The translations under genes and the position numbers were made by a program. A model generated the notes under the pieces. That model was not told the DNA's origin. It worked only from the letters and a program-made list of their open reading frames with translations, and made no database searches. Below are positions 30,746 through 40,577 of a stretch of 64,000 nucleotides of DNA, in pieces (positions within the stretch are counted from its first letter, which is position 1; the number at the start of each line of letters is the position of its first letter). The stretch covers positions 2,368,001-2,432,000 of the forward strand of contig OY970359.1 of assembly GCA_963718665.1 (NCBI GenBank). The letters run 5' to 3'. Origin of the DNA: an uncultured Phycisphaerales bacterium. GTDB taxonomy: Bacteria > Planctomycetota > Phycisphaerae > Sedimentisphaerales > Anaerobacaceae.

Positions 30746-30972
30746 CATCCGGAACTTTCGCCCAGTCAGGTGGGACTTAAAGCTGTGCCGTTGGTGATTG
30801 AAGATGAGGTTTGGATAGGCGAGGGGGCCGTGATTCTAAAAGGCGTGAGTGTGGGTAAAAAGCAGTCATTGACGTAAATGCCGTCGTAACGAAAGATGTG
30901 TCTGCCTATACGGTTGTAGGCGGAATTCCGGCACGAGTGATCAAGAAAATTGGTATCAGTAGAAGCGAATGA
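30746..30972 (+). pseudogene. Frameshifted remnant of a hexapeptide-repeat O-acyltransferase
   Basis: [24 protein letters not shown] / shift near 30860 / [28 protein letters not shown]; no intact 5' part. Confidence 0.8.
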
Positions 30973-32333
30973 AGAAAGTGTTATTTTTAGCATATTATTT
31001 TCCGCCGATGGGTGGCGGCGGGGTTCAGCGGATATCAAAGTTTTGCAAATACTTGCCGCTGTTTGATTATTGTGCTGTTGTTGTCGCCGCAAAGAGTAAG
31101 TATTACGGTCACCCTGACGATCGTGTTCTAAATCAGGAAGTCAAGGATATTCCAAGATATGATATAGATATAGAGCCGCCGACTATAAATTCCTGCTTTC
31201 AGAGAATCACTGAAAGTGATTTAGGGCGATTTTTTAATTTGCATCAAATCCAATTGACTTATAGAGCTCAAAGAGCAGGGCAAATTGCGATCCAAAAAGA
31301 GAAACCGGATTTAATCTGTGCATCGGTCAGCCCCTTTCCCATGGCGCAAGTGGCCGGAATGCTGTCTGAAAAATATCATATCCCATGGGTGCTGGATATG
31401 CGGGATCCATGGGCTTTAGACCCGATTCAATGCTATGCTACAAAACTTCACTATTACCATGATTTGCGCACAATGAAACGAGCGTGTCGACGGGCAAATG
31501 CTGTGATTATGAATACGCCGGATTCGCTTGATGCAGCAAGAAAAAGCTTTCCAAATATAAATTCCCATAAATTTACATGTATTACCAATGGCTGGGATGC
31601 GGAGGATTTTAAATCGTTTACCTATCCAGGCGTTTTTCGCGATCCTGTAAACCCGATGACAATTGTTCATACTGGCGTCTTCCATACGCGTTCTGCCTTA
31701 TCGCAAAATCTTTCTGCAAAGAAAAGTTTCAAGGATAGTTGGAAGAGGTTAAAAAACGCGGTGAAATACTCCGTGGGCAATTCAAATTTACTGACTCGAA
31801 CGCCAAATTATTTGTTTCAGGCCATTTCGTTCTTGTTGAAACAAAAAAAAATATCCAAAACGGATGTGCGGGTAATTTTTGCCGGAGATTGTACCTCTGA
31901 AGATATAACCTTGGCCCAAATGCATGGTGTTGATGAGATGGTTGAATTTCGAGGCTATTTGGATCACGACCAATCGGTTCAACTGCTGAATAAAGCAGAT
32001 GTACTTTTTCTTCCGTTGCATGAACCCGAAGGGGGGTTGCCTTTGATTGTTCCCGGTAAAACCTATGAGTATCTGGCTGCTCAAAGACCGATCTTGGCAG
32101 CTGTACCGAAGGGGGACATACGACGTTTTGTGGAAAAAGCGGGTCTGGGGTATGTTTGTAATCCGACCGATGTTGCTCAAATTGCATCTATGCTTTTGGG
32201 GTTGATAGAAAGATATAGAAGCAGAACGGGTTTACGTGTCAGTCCAAATCATAGTTTCATTGGACAGTTTGAACGAAAAAATTTAACAGAACAGCTTGCG
32301 GTACTTTTTGATAAAGTGTTCTCTGGATACTGA
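30969..32333 (+). CDS. GT4-family glycosyltransferase
   Basis: [40 protein letters not shown]. Confidence 0.9.
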   Translation: MKKVLFLAYYFPPMGGGGVQRISKFCKYLPLFDYCAVVVAAKSKYYGHPDDRVLNQEVKDIPRYDIDIEPPTINSCFQRITESDLGRFFNLHQIQLTYRAQRAGQIAIQKEKPDLICASVSPFPMAQVAGMLSEKYHIPWVLDMRDPWALDPIQCYATKLHYYHDLRTMKRACRRANAVIMNTPDSLDAARKSFPNINSHKFTCITNGWDAEDFKSFTYPGVFRDPVNPMTIVHTGVFHTRSALSQNLSAKKSFKDSWKRLKNAVKYSVGNSNLLTRTPNYLFQAISFLLKQKKISKTDVRVIFAGDCTSEDITLAQMHGVDEMVEFRGYLDHDQSVQLLNKADVLFLPLHEPEGGLPLIVPGKTYEYLAAQRPILAAVPKGDIRRFVEKAGLGYVCNPTDVAQIASMLLGLIERYRSRTGLRVSPNHSFIGQFERKNLTEQLAVLFDKVFSGY

Positions 32334-32355
32334 TATTTATAAGGGATAATTTATC

Positions 32356-32931
32356 GTGTTTTACATTCCTGGCACCAATCGGTTTTATGGACTGCTGTTA
32401 CGCTTATTCATGAAGTTTTATTATATTGGGGAAAATGTAATAATTGCTCCTTCTTGTGAGATTCGTCGAGCGGCAGCACCTTATATTTACATCGGAAACC
32501 GTGTTTCTTTGGGTAAAGATGTGTGGCTGAATATCCCTTATGAAGTGCCGGTTTCTATTAGAAATAGGCCTATAATAAAAATTGGTGACGGTACAGCCAT
32601 TGGTAGACGCTGCATGATTACTGCGCTAAACAGCATTGAGATTGGCAATAACGTTTTGTTTGGCCCCGGAGTCTTTATTGCCGATCATTCACACGAGTTC
32701 GGAGATGCTTCCAGACCGATCGTGAGCCAAGGTGTAACAGAACCAGGCAAAGTAATTATCGAAGAGGGGTGTTGGTTTGGTTATCACAGTGTGGTGGTTA
32801 CCCATAAAGGTCGTGAGATTCGGATTGGGCGCAACTCTGTGATTGGGACAAACGCCGTGGTAACTGAAAGTTTCCCATCATACAGTGTTCTGGTGGGAAA
32901 CCCAGCACGAAATGTAAGCAAAGCAAAGTAA
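32356..32931 (+). CDS. Hexapeptide-repeat (LbH) acyltransferase
   Basis: IGNNVLFGPGVFIADHSH, IGRNSVIGTNAVV, GNPAR. Confidence 0.9.
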   Translation: MFYIPGTNRFYGLLLRLFMKFYYIGENVIIAPSCEIRRAAAPYIYIGNRVSLGKDVWLNIPYEVPVSIRNRPIIKIGDGTAIGRRCMITALNSIEIGNNVLFGPGVFIADHSHEFGDASRPIVSQGVTEPGKVIIEEGCWFGYHSVVVTHKGREIRIGRNSVIGTNAVVTESFPSYSVLVGNPARNVSKAK

Positions 32932-33089
32932 TTAACCGACAGAAATCTTGTTTATCCTGTCTAACATTGATTCAGTGTAACCAGTGTTTTCGGCGGCTGA
33001 ATATTCTGTGTTCATCCGTATAATCTATGGTTTAAAAGTGATTGGTTTGACATGCTCGGGAAATTTCTTGTTTATGCAGTTTAAGTTGT

Positions 33090-34466
33090 ATGAATGAAGA
33101 AAGTGAAATTGTTGGGCAACCGGAATTTGTGGGACATACGGTCGTTCATCCGTTGGGATTGATGGCGGTTGTTGTTCTGGGAATATGTGTCTTGCTATTG
33201 CCAAGACGATGGTCCGTCTTGCCGCTTTTGATAATGGCCTGTTTTATTCCATCGGCACAGAGGATTATTATCGCTGGCTTGAATTTTGACTTTCTGCGTA
33301 TCATGGTGCTGTTTGGCGTTATGCGATTGATCCTTCACAACGAGCATCTTGCATTTGTATGGAAACCGCTCGATACTATAATGGTCCTTTGGGTATGCAG
33401 TGCTATGTTGATCTATAGTCTTCATCAGGGCACGTTTTCCGCCGTGATTAATCGTCTGGGTTTCGGGTTTGACGCCTTTGGTATGTATTTTTTGTTTCGC
33501 TGTCTAATCCGCAACTGGGAAGATATTGACCGGCTGGTAATCGGCGGCATTATCATCAGTATCCCGGTGGCAGCATTTTTCCTGTTTGAAAGAAGTACCG
33601 GACGAAATATTTTTTCTATTTTTGGCGGCGTTTCTGCAATTACGGTGATTCGCGAGGGTCGTCTGCGCTGTCAGGGTGCTTTTTCACACGAGATTCTGGC
33701 CGGGTGCTTCTGGGCTTCACTGATGCCGTTATTTGCTGCTTATTGGTGGAAAGGGACCCGAGAAAGAGTCTGGGCCGTAGTCGGACTTATAACAACATCC
33801 ATTGTTGTAATCTGCTGTGCCTCCAGTACGCCGGTCATGGGTGTCATCGCCGGGATGATAGGAGGGGGAATGTTCTGGCTTCGCCGCCATATGCGTTTAA
33901 TTCGCTGGGCTATTGTTCTAACCTTGGTTGGCCTGCATATGGTGATGCAGGCGCCCGTTTGGCATCTGGTATCACGGGTCAGTGCTGTGGGAGGGTCAAC
34001 CGGATGGCATCGATATAATCTGATAAATCAAGCTATCATAAATTTCAGTGACTGGTGGTTAACTGGCTGTTCCGGCTATACGGTACTTTCATGGGGTGTC
34101 CATGCTGGTGATATAACTAATCAGTATATTTTGGAAGGCGTTCGTGGCGGTTTTTTAACGTTTTGTTTGTTTATTGTTGTAATCGTAATTGCATTTCGCG
34201 AGGTCGGCAAACTCTGGCGTTTACAGTCCCAGCATCCATACTGCCTGGCATTGTCTTGGGCGATGGGTGTGAGTCTTTTTGTCCACTGCATGAATTTTAT
34301 TGGGGTATCCTATTTTGGGCAGATTCATATCGTGTGGTATCTCATCCTGGCCATGATCGGAAGTATGTCGATTCAGGCGGCGCCGGTGTTGATGCCAAGA
34401 ATAACGCTTTCATCTAAAGCCATCAAAAAACAGCGTTATCGAAATCTTCAGGCCGGTGGTGGGTAA
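33090..34466 (+). CDS. O-antigen ligase/Wzy-like polytopic membrane protein
   Basis: Many TM segments; RCQGAFSHEILAG, STGWHR, DITNQY; position in EPS locus. Confidence 0.7.
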   Translation: MNEESEIVGQPEFVGHTVVHPLGLMAVVVLGICVLLLPRRWSVLPLLIMACFIPSAQRIIIAGLNFDFLRIMVLFGVMRLILHNEHLAFVWKPLDTIMVLWVCSAMLIYSLHQGTFSAVINRLGFGFDAFGMYFLFRCLIRNWEDIDRLVIGGIIISIPVAAFFLFERSTGRNIFSIFGGVSAITVIREGRLRCQGAFSHEILAGCFWASLMPLFAAYWWKGTRERVWAVVGLITTSIVVICCASSTPVMGVIAGMIGGGMFWLRRHMRLIRWAIVLTLVGLHMVMQAPVWHLVSRVSAVGGSTGWHRYNLINQAIINFSDWWLTGCSGYTVLSWGVHAGDITNQYILEGVRGGFLTFCLFIVVIVIAFREVGKLWRLQSQHPYCLALSWAMGVSLFVHCMNFIGVSYFGQIHIVWYLILAMIGSMSIQAAPVLMPRITLSSKAIKKQRYRNLQAGGG

Positions 34467-34468
34467 CA

Positions 34469-35437
34469 ATGGAGTTTCTTGATGTTTCTATCATCATCGT
34501 CAACTGGAACACGCGCGACATCCTTCGGGGTTGCCTGTGGTCGGTGTACGAACAAACACAGGATATATCTTTCGAGGTGATTGTCGTAGATAATGCTTCG
34601 ACCGACGGTTCTGTCGAAATGGTAAAGAGGGACTTTCCGCAGGCTGTTTTAATAGAAAACATGGGAAACCGCGGTTTTGCTGCGGCAAATAATCAAGGTC
34701 TTAAAATCACAAAAGGGCAGTATATCCTTCTTCTGAACAGCGATACAATCGTCCTTGATGGGGCGATACAGAAAACAGTTGTATTTGCGGAGCAGCATCC
34801 GGAGGCGGCGGTGATAGGTTGCAAGGCGTTAAATCCCGATGGGTCTCTTCAACCAACCTGCTTTATGTTTCCATCCTTAATCAATATGTTCCTATCATCC
34901 ACTTACCTATATGAGTTATTTCCAAGGGACAGATTCTTCGGTAGGGAACGAATGACTTGGTGGGACAGAAACGATGTAAGGGAAGTTGACGTGGTAACGG
35001 GGTGCTTTATGCTGGTAAGACGTCGGGCAATCGAGCAGACAGGCCTAATGGATGAGCAGTTCTTTGTTTACGGTGAAGAAACGGACTGGTGCTATCGGTT
35101 CAGGCAGGGAGGATGGAAGGTCCTGTTTATTCCTGATGCTAAGATTGTTCACCTCGGCGGGCAGAGCAGTAAGCAAATGGCATCCCAAATGACTTTACAA
35201 TTGAAAGGCAGTATCCTGCAGTTTATGCGCAAACACCATTCTTTTCTGGAGTATAGCATAGCCTGTATTCTGGTGTGGTTGTTTTTTACGATTCGTGTTC
35301 CATGGTGGTTTATAAAATACATTTTCGCCCGGACGCAAAAGGATTATTGCCGTATGAAGATGCTTACATATCTTACTGGAATGAAAAAACTTCTTTTCGA
35401 GGGCGGCAGAGGGCTTAGTGTCAAGCCCGGCAGTTAA
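34469..35437 (+). CDS. GT2-family glycosyltransferase
   Basis: IIIVNWN, VVDNASTDGS, GFAAANNQG, LLNSD, F.YGEETDWC. Confidence 0.93.
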   Translation: MEFLDVSIIIVNWNTRDILRGCLWSVYEQTQDISFEVIVVDNASTDGSVEMVKRDFPQAVLIENMGNRGFAAANNQGLKITKGQYILLLNSDTIVLDGAIQKTVVFAEQHPEAAVIGCKALNPDGSLQPTCFMFPSLINMFLSSTYLYELFPRDRFFGRERMTWWDRNDVREVDVVTGCFMLVRRRAIEQTGLMDEQFFVYGEETDWCYRFRQGGWKVLFIPDAKIVHLGGQSSKQMASQMTLQLKGSILQFMRKHHSFLEYSIACILVWLFFTIRVPWWFIKYIFARTQKDYCRMKMLTYLTGMKKLLFEGGRGLSVKPGS

Positions 35438-35582
35438 AGATTGTTATATCCGTATGCAATTTGATAAAAAATGCAGGAACGGTAGATTATGTTGAATTCA
35501 ATCTTAGGTCTGACCAGGGACGTGGCAACAGTTTATCCGTCAGGTCAGAGACCTAATCTGTCGATTCAGGAACTGATTACAA

Positions 35583-36629
35583 ATGGAAATAACTCTACAA
35601 CCCGTTGATCGGGACACAGGACAGCAGTTTGCACCATCCTTTATGGATTATAACTATCGACAGCTTTGGGAATATGGTGTTGCCAGTGCTGCAAGGGTGG
35701 GAGCTCAAAGCGAACATGTTGCAATTTATTGTGATGATGAGTTAATTGGTCTTGCGGATGTCCGGATAAAAAAGATTCCCATAATAAAAACAGGGGTTGC
35801 CTATATTAATGGGGGGCCATTAGTTAGGAAAGAATGTGATTCCGGCGGGAAAACGCTTGGATTGTGCCTAAAAGCACTCATTGCTGAATATGTCTGTCGG
35901 CGTAAACTGTCTCTTAGAATTAATCCGTTGCCAATGTGTCCTGATTGGAATCGGCGTGCAGAAGCTGCGTTCCTTGAAAATGCGTTTCAGTGGACTGTGA
36001 ATTTCAGACAGTATCATACGATCATCATTGATATCGGGCAGCCTTTGGATGTTATTCGTAAACAGCTTCATCGAAAATGGCGTAACTGTCTGAATAATGC
36101 GGAAAAACAAAATATGTCGATTGTCAGCGGAACGTCATTGGAGCTTTTTGAAAAATTTAACGGATTATATAAGCAGCTTCGTTCCAGAAAGAACTTTGAT
36201 GTCGATCATGACGATGGTTTTTTCATGAGGGTGCAGAAGACACTTGATGAGTCCGAGAAGCTGTATACCAGTATTGCCGAAGTAGATGGAGTGCCTATCG
36301 CTGGACATGTTTCAAGTATGCTGGGCGATACCTGTGTCTATTTATTAGGGGCGTCAAGCGAGCAGGCGCTGAAAACGAAAGTCGCTTATCTGCTGCAGTG
36401 GCATACGATCAAGGTGGCAAAGGAAAAGGGATGCCGATTGTATGATCTTGGCGGCATTGATCCGGAAAACAATCTAGGGGTGTTTCATTTCAAGCAAGGA
36501 ATGGGCGGGGAAGAGATGACATCGCCTGGGCCATTTGAGTATTATTCAGATGGCCTCAAGCGGGTCGTGTTGTGCGGCGTTTTCGAGCACGGCGGCGTAA
36601 TGCAATTTGAGAGAGTACTGCAGTTATGA
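35583..36629 (+). CDS. FemAB/GNAT-like transferase
   Basis: KWRNCLNNAEK, YLLGAS, YLLQW, YDLGGID, FKQGMGG. Confidence 0.85.
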   Translation: MEITLQPVDRDTGQQFAPSFMDYNYRQLWEYGVASAARVGAQSEHVAIYCDDELIGLADVRIKKIPIIKTGVAYINGGPLVRKECDSGGKTLGLCLKALIAEYVCRRKLSLRINPLPMCPDWNRRAEAAFLENAFQWTVNFRQYHTIIIDIGQPLDVIRKQLHRKWRNCLNNAEKQNMSIVSGTSLELFEKFNGLYKQLRSRKNFDVDHDDGFFMRVQKTLDESEKLYTSIAEVDGVPIAGHVSSMLGDTCVYLLGASSEQALKTKVAYLLQWHTIKVAKEKGCRLYDLGGIDPENNLGVFHFKQGMGGEEMTSPGPFEYYSDGLKRVVLCGVFEHGGVMQFERVLQL

Positions 36630-37510
36630 CATCTTATGTGATTATTACACCCGCCTATAATGAGGCGAACTATATCGGCAAAACAATCGACAGTGTGCTG
36701 GGGCAAACGGTCCGTCCGCTGATATGGGTGATCGTTGATGATGGTTCTTCGGATAAAACCTGGGAGATTATTAGCGATGCTTCCCAAAAACATCCATGGA
36801 TTGTAGCACATCATCAATTCAAAAACGGTCAATCTAATGCAGATGGCCTGGTGACTGCTTCAGAAGCAATAGCATTTTTGCGTGGATATGATATTGCCAT
36901 CGAAAAGTACCCGAATCCTGGTCTCGTCGTGAAACTTGATGCTGATTTGAAGTTTTCGCCAGATTATTTTAAGCTGCTTATAGACGAGTTTGATTCAGAT
37001 GAGACTCTGGGAATTGCAGGCGGTGTGATCTACGAGTACAAAGGCAAGAATTTAATCCGTGAAAAAATAAGCATGGCTCATGTTCGAGGAGCCACAAAGG
37101 TGTATCGTTGCAAATGCTATGAGGATATTGGCGGAGTACGTCCGGTCTTCGGATGGGATGTGATTGATGAAATACAAGCCCGTGAGACAGGCTGGCAGGT
37201 AAGCAGTTTTGAACACATTCATCTGATTCATTTGCGTCGAACAGCGTCGCGAGGCGGACGGTTTACAGGTTGGGCCCGCAATGGGTATATGGCTTATTAC
37301 ATTGGTATGTCTCCACTCAGAATGCTTCTTCGTTCCCTGTTTCGTTTGGTGGTTATTGGTGATGTTATCCAATCGTTGGGCTTGGCATATGGATATTTTA
37401 AGAATTATTTTTGTAGAACAGGGCGCTTGGAAGATTTAGAAATACTAAGTGCTGTAAAAAAACATCAATGGGTAACGGCCAAAAAAAGTCTGCGTGAACA
37501 TATTGTATAG
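36626..37510 (+). CDS. GT2-family glycosyltransferase
   Basis: IITPAYNEA, VDDGSSD, KLDAD, GWD. Confidence 0.9.
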   Translation: MTSYVIITPAYNEANYIGKTIDSVLGQTVRPLIWVIVDDGSSDKTWEIISDASQKHPWIVAHHQFKNGQSNADGLVTASEAIAFLRGYDIAIEKYPNPGLVVKLDADLKFSPDYFKLLIDEFDSDETLGIAGGVIYEYKGKNLIREKISMAHVRGATKVYRCKCYEDIGGVRPVFGWDVIDEIQARETGWQVSSFEHIHLIHLRRTASRGGRFTGWARNGYMAYYIGMSPLRMLLRSLFRLVVIGDVIQSLGLAYGYFKNYFCRTGRLEDLEILSAVKKHQWVTAKKSLREHIV

Positions 37511-37533
37511 TAACTGCTGTTAAAAGGTAAATT

Positions 37534-38604
37534 ATGAAAAATGGTACCAAATTAAGTGTGGCTGTTATTGGTTGTGGAATAATAGCCAAGGATCATCTTG
37601 GTTCAATAAGAGATAAGTGCGGCCCGGTAAAACTGTTTCTTTGCGACAGGAATACTCAGGCAGCAAATGCTTATAAACTTTCTCTTGGAGGTGATACTGA
37701 AGTTTATGAAGATGCGTTTCGGTTAATATCGGAAAATAAGCTTGATATAGTCCACGTTCTTACTCCGCCGGATTCGCACTATGGTATTGCCCGCCATGCT
37801 ATTGAGAACGGCGCTAATGTTTTAATCGAAAAACCCATGACACTTACTCTTTCTGAAACGGAAGGTTTATTTCAGTTGGGAAAAAAGTATGGGAAAAAAG
37901 TATGTGTGGGGCACAGCCTTTTATATATGGAATGTATGTTAAAGGCTTTCGAACTGATTAAGTCTGGCAAAATGGGGCGGGTTATTAGTGTACATTGTTT
38001 TTTCGGACATGCAGAGAAGAAGAAAACGATTCCTTATGGCGGTGTTAGTCATTGGGCATATAGTATGCCGGGTGGCCCATTGATCAATCTCGTGTCACAT
38101 CCAGCAAGTGTTCTGGTGGAATTATTGGGAATACCTAAAGATATTAATCTGTTTAGTGATGCTCGAAATCTCATGCCGTATGGATATTCTGATTTGCTTG
38201 ATATTTCTATTAGGTCTCCTAAAGGGCATGGTTCACTTACTGTGAGCATGGCCCATGGCAATTCTTCTCGCTATGTTAATATTGAATGTGAAAAAGGAAG
38301 CATATATGTTGATCTTGGATGGCAAACATTCGTGTCTAAGTATCATAAAGGCAAGTTTGGCCCATTGTCCAAAAAGTTTGGCGGTATTGGAAAGGGGCTT
38401 TCACTTATTAAAAGTACACTTGGCATAATCTACAAAGTTGCTACAAAAAGAATAAAATCTAATCCTGGCACAAGGGAATTGGTAGTAAGATTTTATCAGG
38501 CGGTACGTGAACAATACGATTCTCCTGTTAGTGATGCTAATGCAATTGGCGTAGCGAAAATATTGGAACATGTCATTGCGGCAAGTAACAAAAAATCTGA
38601 ATAA
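37534..38604 (+). CDS. Gfo/Idh/MocA-family oxidoreductase
   Basis: IGCGII, LTPPDSH, IEKPM. Confidence 0.88.
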   Translation: MKNGTKLSVAVIGCGIIAKDHLGSIRDKCGPVKLFLCDRNTQAANAYKLSLGGDTEVYEDAFRLISENKLDIVHVLTPPDSHYGIARHAIENGANVLIEKPMTLTLSETEGLFQLGKKYGKKVCVGHSLLYMECMLKAFELIKSGKMGRVISVHCFFGHAEKKKTIPYGGVSHWAYSMPGGPLINLVSHPASVLVELLGIPKDINLFSDARNLMPYGYSDLLDISIRSPKGHGSLTVSMAHGNSSRYVNIECEKGSIYVDLGWQTFVSKYHKGKFGPLSKKFGGIGKGLSLIKSTLGIIYKVATKRIKSNPGTRELVVRFYQAVREQYDSPVSDANAIGVAKILEHVIAASNKKSE

Positions 38605-38631
38605 TTATAGTTTTAAGATAGGTAGGATGAT

Positions 38632-39612
38632 ATGAATATATTGGTAACTGGTTTTTCAGGAAACTTGGGAAGGGCTGTTGTTAAATCCTTAATCCAAAAT
38701 GGGCATAAATTGCGAGTACTACTTCATGGTTCAGCGTTTTATGCTCAGGAGTTTGATCTTGATGTTGAAATTATATGGGGCAGTTTATCTGACCATCAAT
38801 TGTTTGAACAGCTTACGGAAGGTATGGATGCAGTTGTTCATTGTGCATGGGAAGGTCGCGGTGCTGGTGATGGTATGCTTGAAAAAGTGAATTTAGATGG
38901 TACGATGGCTTTGATTGAATGTGCTGAACGTAATAATGTTAAAACGTTTGTGCATATATCCAGCGTGGGTGTCTATGGATTGAATCGTTATCTATGGGGC
39001 AGCCAGGTAAATGAAGATACGCCGATGGTTAGCGAACAGGATTCAATGAATAGCTATCCTTGGGTAAAAGTGCTCATAGAAAAAAAATGTGAGGAGATTC
39101 ATGATAGATTGGCAATGAACCTTGTGGTTATACGTCCAGGGTTGTTGTTTAGTGATGTGAAAGCACCTGCTAAAAAATTAATAGGGTCTAAAGTAAAGCG
39201 GTATGGATTGTTTGTTGGTAAAGCGAACAATCACTTGCCTTATATTCATGTGGATGATGTTGCCGGAATGATTCTATTGCTGCTTGATAATCCTGTCAAA
39301 TACAGGGTGTATAACTGTGTACCGACTAATCGTTTATCTGCGGCGGAATTCTTTGAACAATGGGGTCTCTACAAAGGGTATTCTGCCAGAGTGCTTAAAA
39401 TGCCCCCTATTATGCTGCGTCTCATGTTCTGGGGTGTTCAGAAGTTAAAAAAAGCCATGGGCAAGAAAATTGGCAGTTCAAGTGTTGATTATCAAATTAT
39501 GACTGGTATTAGGAATATCTTCTATAGTGCTGATAGGGCAGTAAGTGAACTTGGGTGGCAGGACACTACTACCAGTTCTATAATATCGACAGATAAAAGC
39601 ACACAGAAATAG
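38632..39612 (+). CDS. NAD-dependent epimerase/dehydratase (SDR)
   Basis: ILVTGFSGNLG, HISSVGVYG, YPWVK (YxxxK), IHVDDVA. Confidence 0.88.
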   Translation: MNILVTGFSGNLGRAVVKSLIQNGHKLRVLLHGSAFYAQEFDLDVEIIWGSLSDHQLFEQLTEGMDAVVHCAWEGRGAGDGMLEKVNLDGTMALIECAERNNVKTFVHISSVGVYGLNRYLWGSQVNEDTPMVSEQDSMNSYPWVKVLIEKKCEEIHDRLAMNLVVIRPGLLFSDVKAPAKKLIGSKVKRYGLFVGKANNHLPYIHVDDVAGMILLLLDNPVKYRVYNCVPTNRLSAAEFFEQWGLYKGYSARVLKMPPIMLRLMFWGVQKLKKAMGKKIGSSSVDYQIMTGIRNIFYSADRAVSELGWQDTTTSSIISTDKSTQK

Positions 39613-39624
39613 GTGAATATACCT

Positions 39625-40083
39625 ATGAAAAGCAAGAAAATATGTCTGGTAGCATCGGCGGGGGGGCATTTGACTCAGCTTTTAAAGCTTGAGGATTGTT
39701 GGCGAGATGGCGAGTTCTTCTTTATTACGACTACTGATGTAATGAAAGAAAAACTTGAAAAGTCAGGCAAAACATATGTAGTTGGCGAGTGTAATCGTAA
39801 CCATCCTGCCTGTGTCATTAAGGTATTACTGAATTGCATCAGGATAGCGTTCACAGAAAATTTTGATGTTGTGATAAGTACCGGTGCTGCTGCTGGTTGC
39901 CTGATGTGTTTTCTTGGTAAAATCAAAGGTGCGAAAATAGTATGGCTTGATAGTATCACAAATGTTGAAAAACTTTCACTATCGGGTCGAATGGTGAGGT
40001 TTATAGCGGACCTGTTTCTTGTTCAGTGGCCTGAACTCGCCAAAAAACACAAAAATGTAGAATATATAGGTACAGTAGTATGA
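39625..40083 (+). CDS. Alg14/PssD-like glycosyltransferase subunit
   Basis: ASAGGHL.QL, STGA, SLSGR, VQWPEL. Confidence 0.9.
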   Translation: MKSKKICLVASAGGHLTQLLKLEDCWRDGEFFFITTTDVMKEKLEKSGKTYVVGECNRNHPACVIKVLLNCIRIAFTENFDVVISTGAAAGCLMCFLGKIKGAKIVWLDSITNVEKLSLSGRMVRFIADLFLVQWPELAKKHKNVEYIGTVV

Positions 40084-40562
40084 ATTTTCTGACAGTGGGG
40101 ACACAATTTCCATTCGACCGTCTAGTTCGGGCTATAGACGATATGTATGACGAAGGTTCGATTAATGAAGACATATTTGCTCAGATTGGACAAAGTACAT
40201 ACAGACCCCGCAATTTCGAATCGGTGGCTTGTCTGGAAAAAGGTGTGTTTGACGACTATATGAGGCAAGCCTCCGGGATAATCGGCCACGCAGGAATGGG
40301 TACGATAACCATGGCCTTATGTAACCATAAACCATTGCTCGTGATGCCGAGGCTCAGGAGATATCGCGAGGTTGTTAATGACCATCAATTGGCCATTGCT
40401 AAGAAGTTTTCGGAACTCGGGCACATACTAGCAGTCTATGATGCTAAAGATTTACCGGAGGGCGTTCGTAGGTTGGATAATTTCGTCCCTCTGGACAGAA
40501 AAGCCAACCCTGAAGCGGTGGCTGATAGAATTGTTCGTTTTCTTAATAATCTGCGTGACTGA
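40080..40562 (+). CDS. Alg13/PssE-like glycosyltransferase subunit (GT28 C-terminal)
   Basis: TVGTQFPFDRL, HAGMGTI, MPR...E.VNDHQ. Confidence 0.9.
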   Translation: MNFLTVGTQFPFDRLVRAIDDMYDEGSINEDIFAQIGQSTYRPRNFESVACLEKGVFDDYMRQASGIIGHAGMGTITMALCNHKPLLVMPRLRRYREVVNDHQLAIAKKFSELGHILAVYDAKDLPEGVRRLDNFVPLDRKANPEAVADRIVRFLNNLRD

Positions 40563-40577
40563 CTTCGGGAAAAACAA

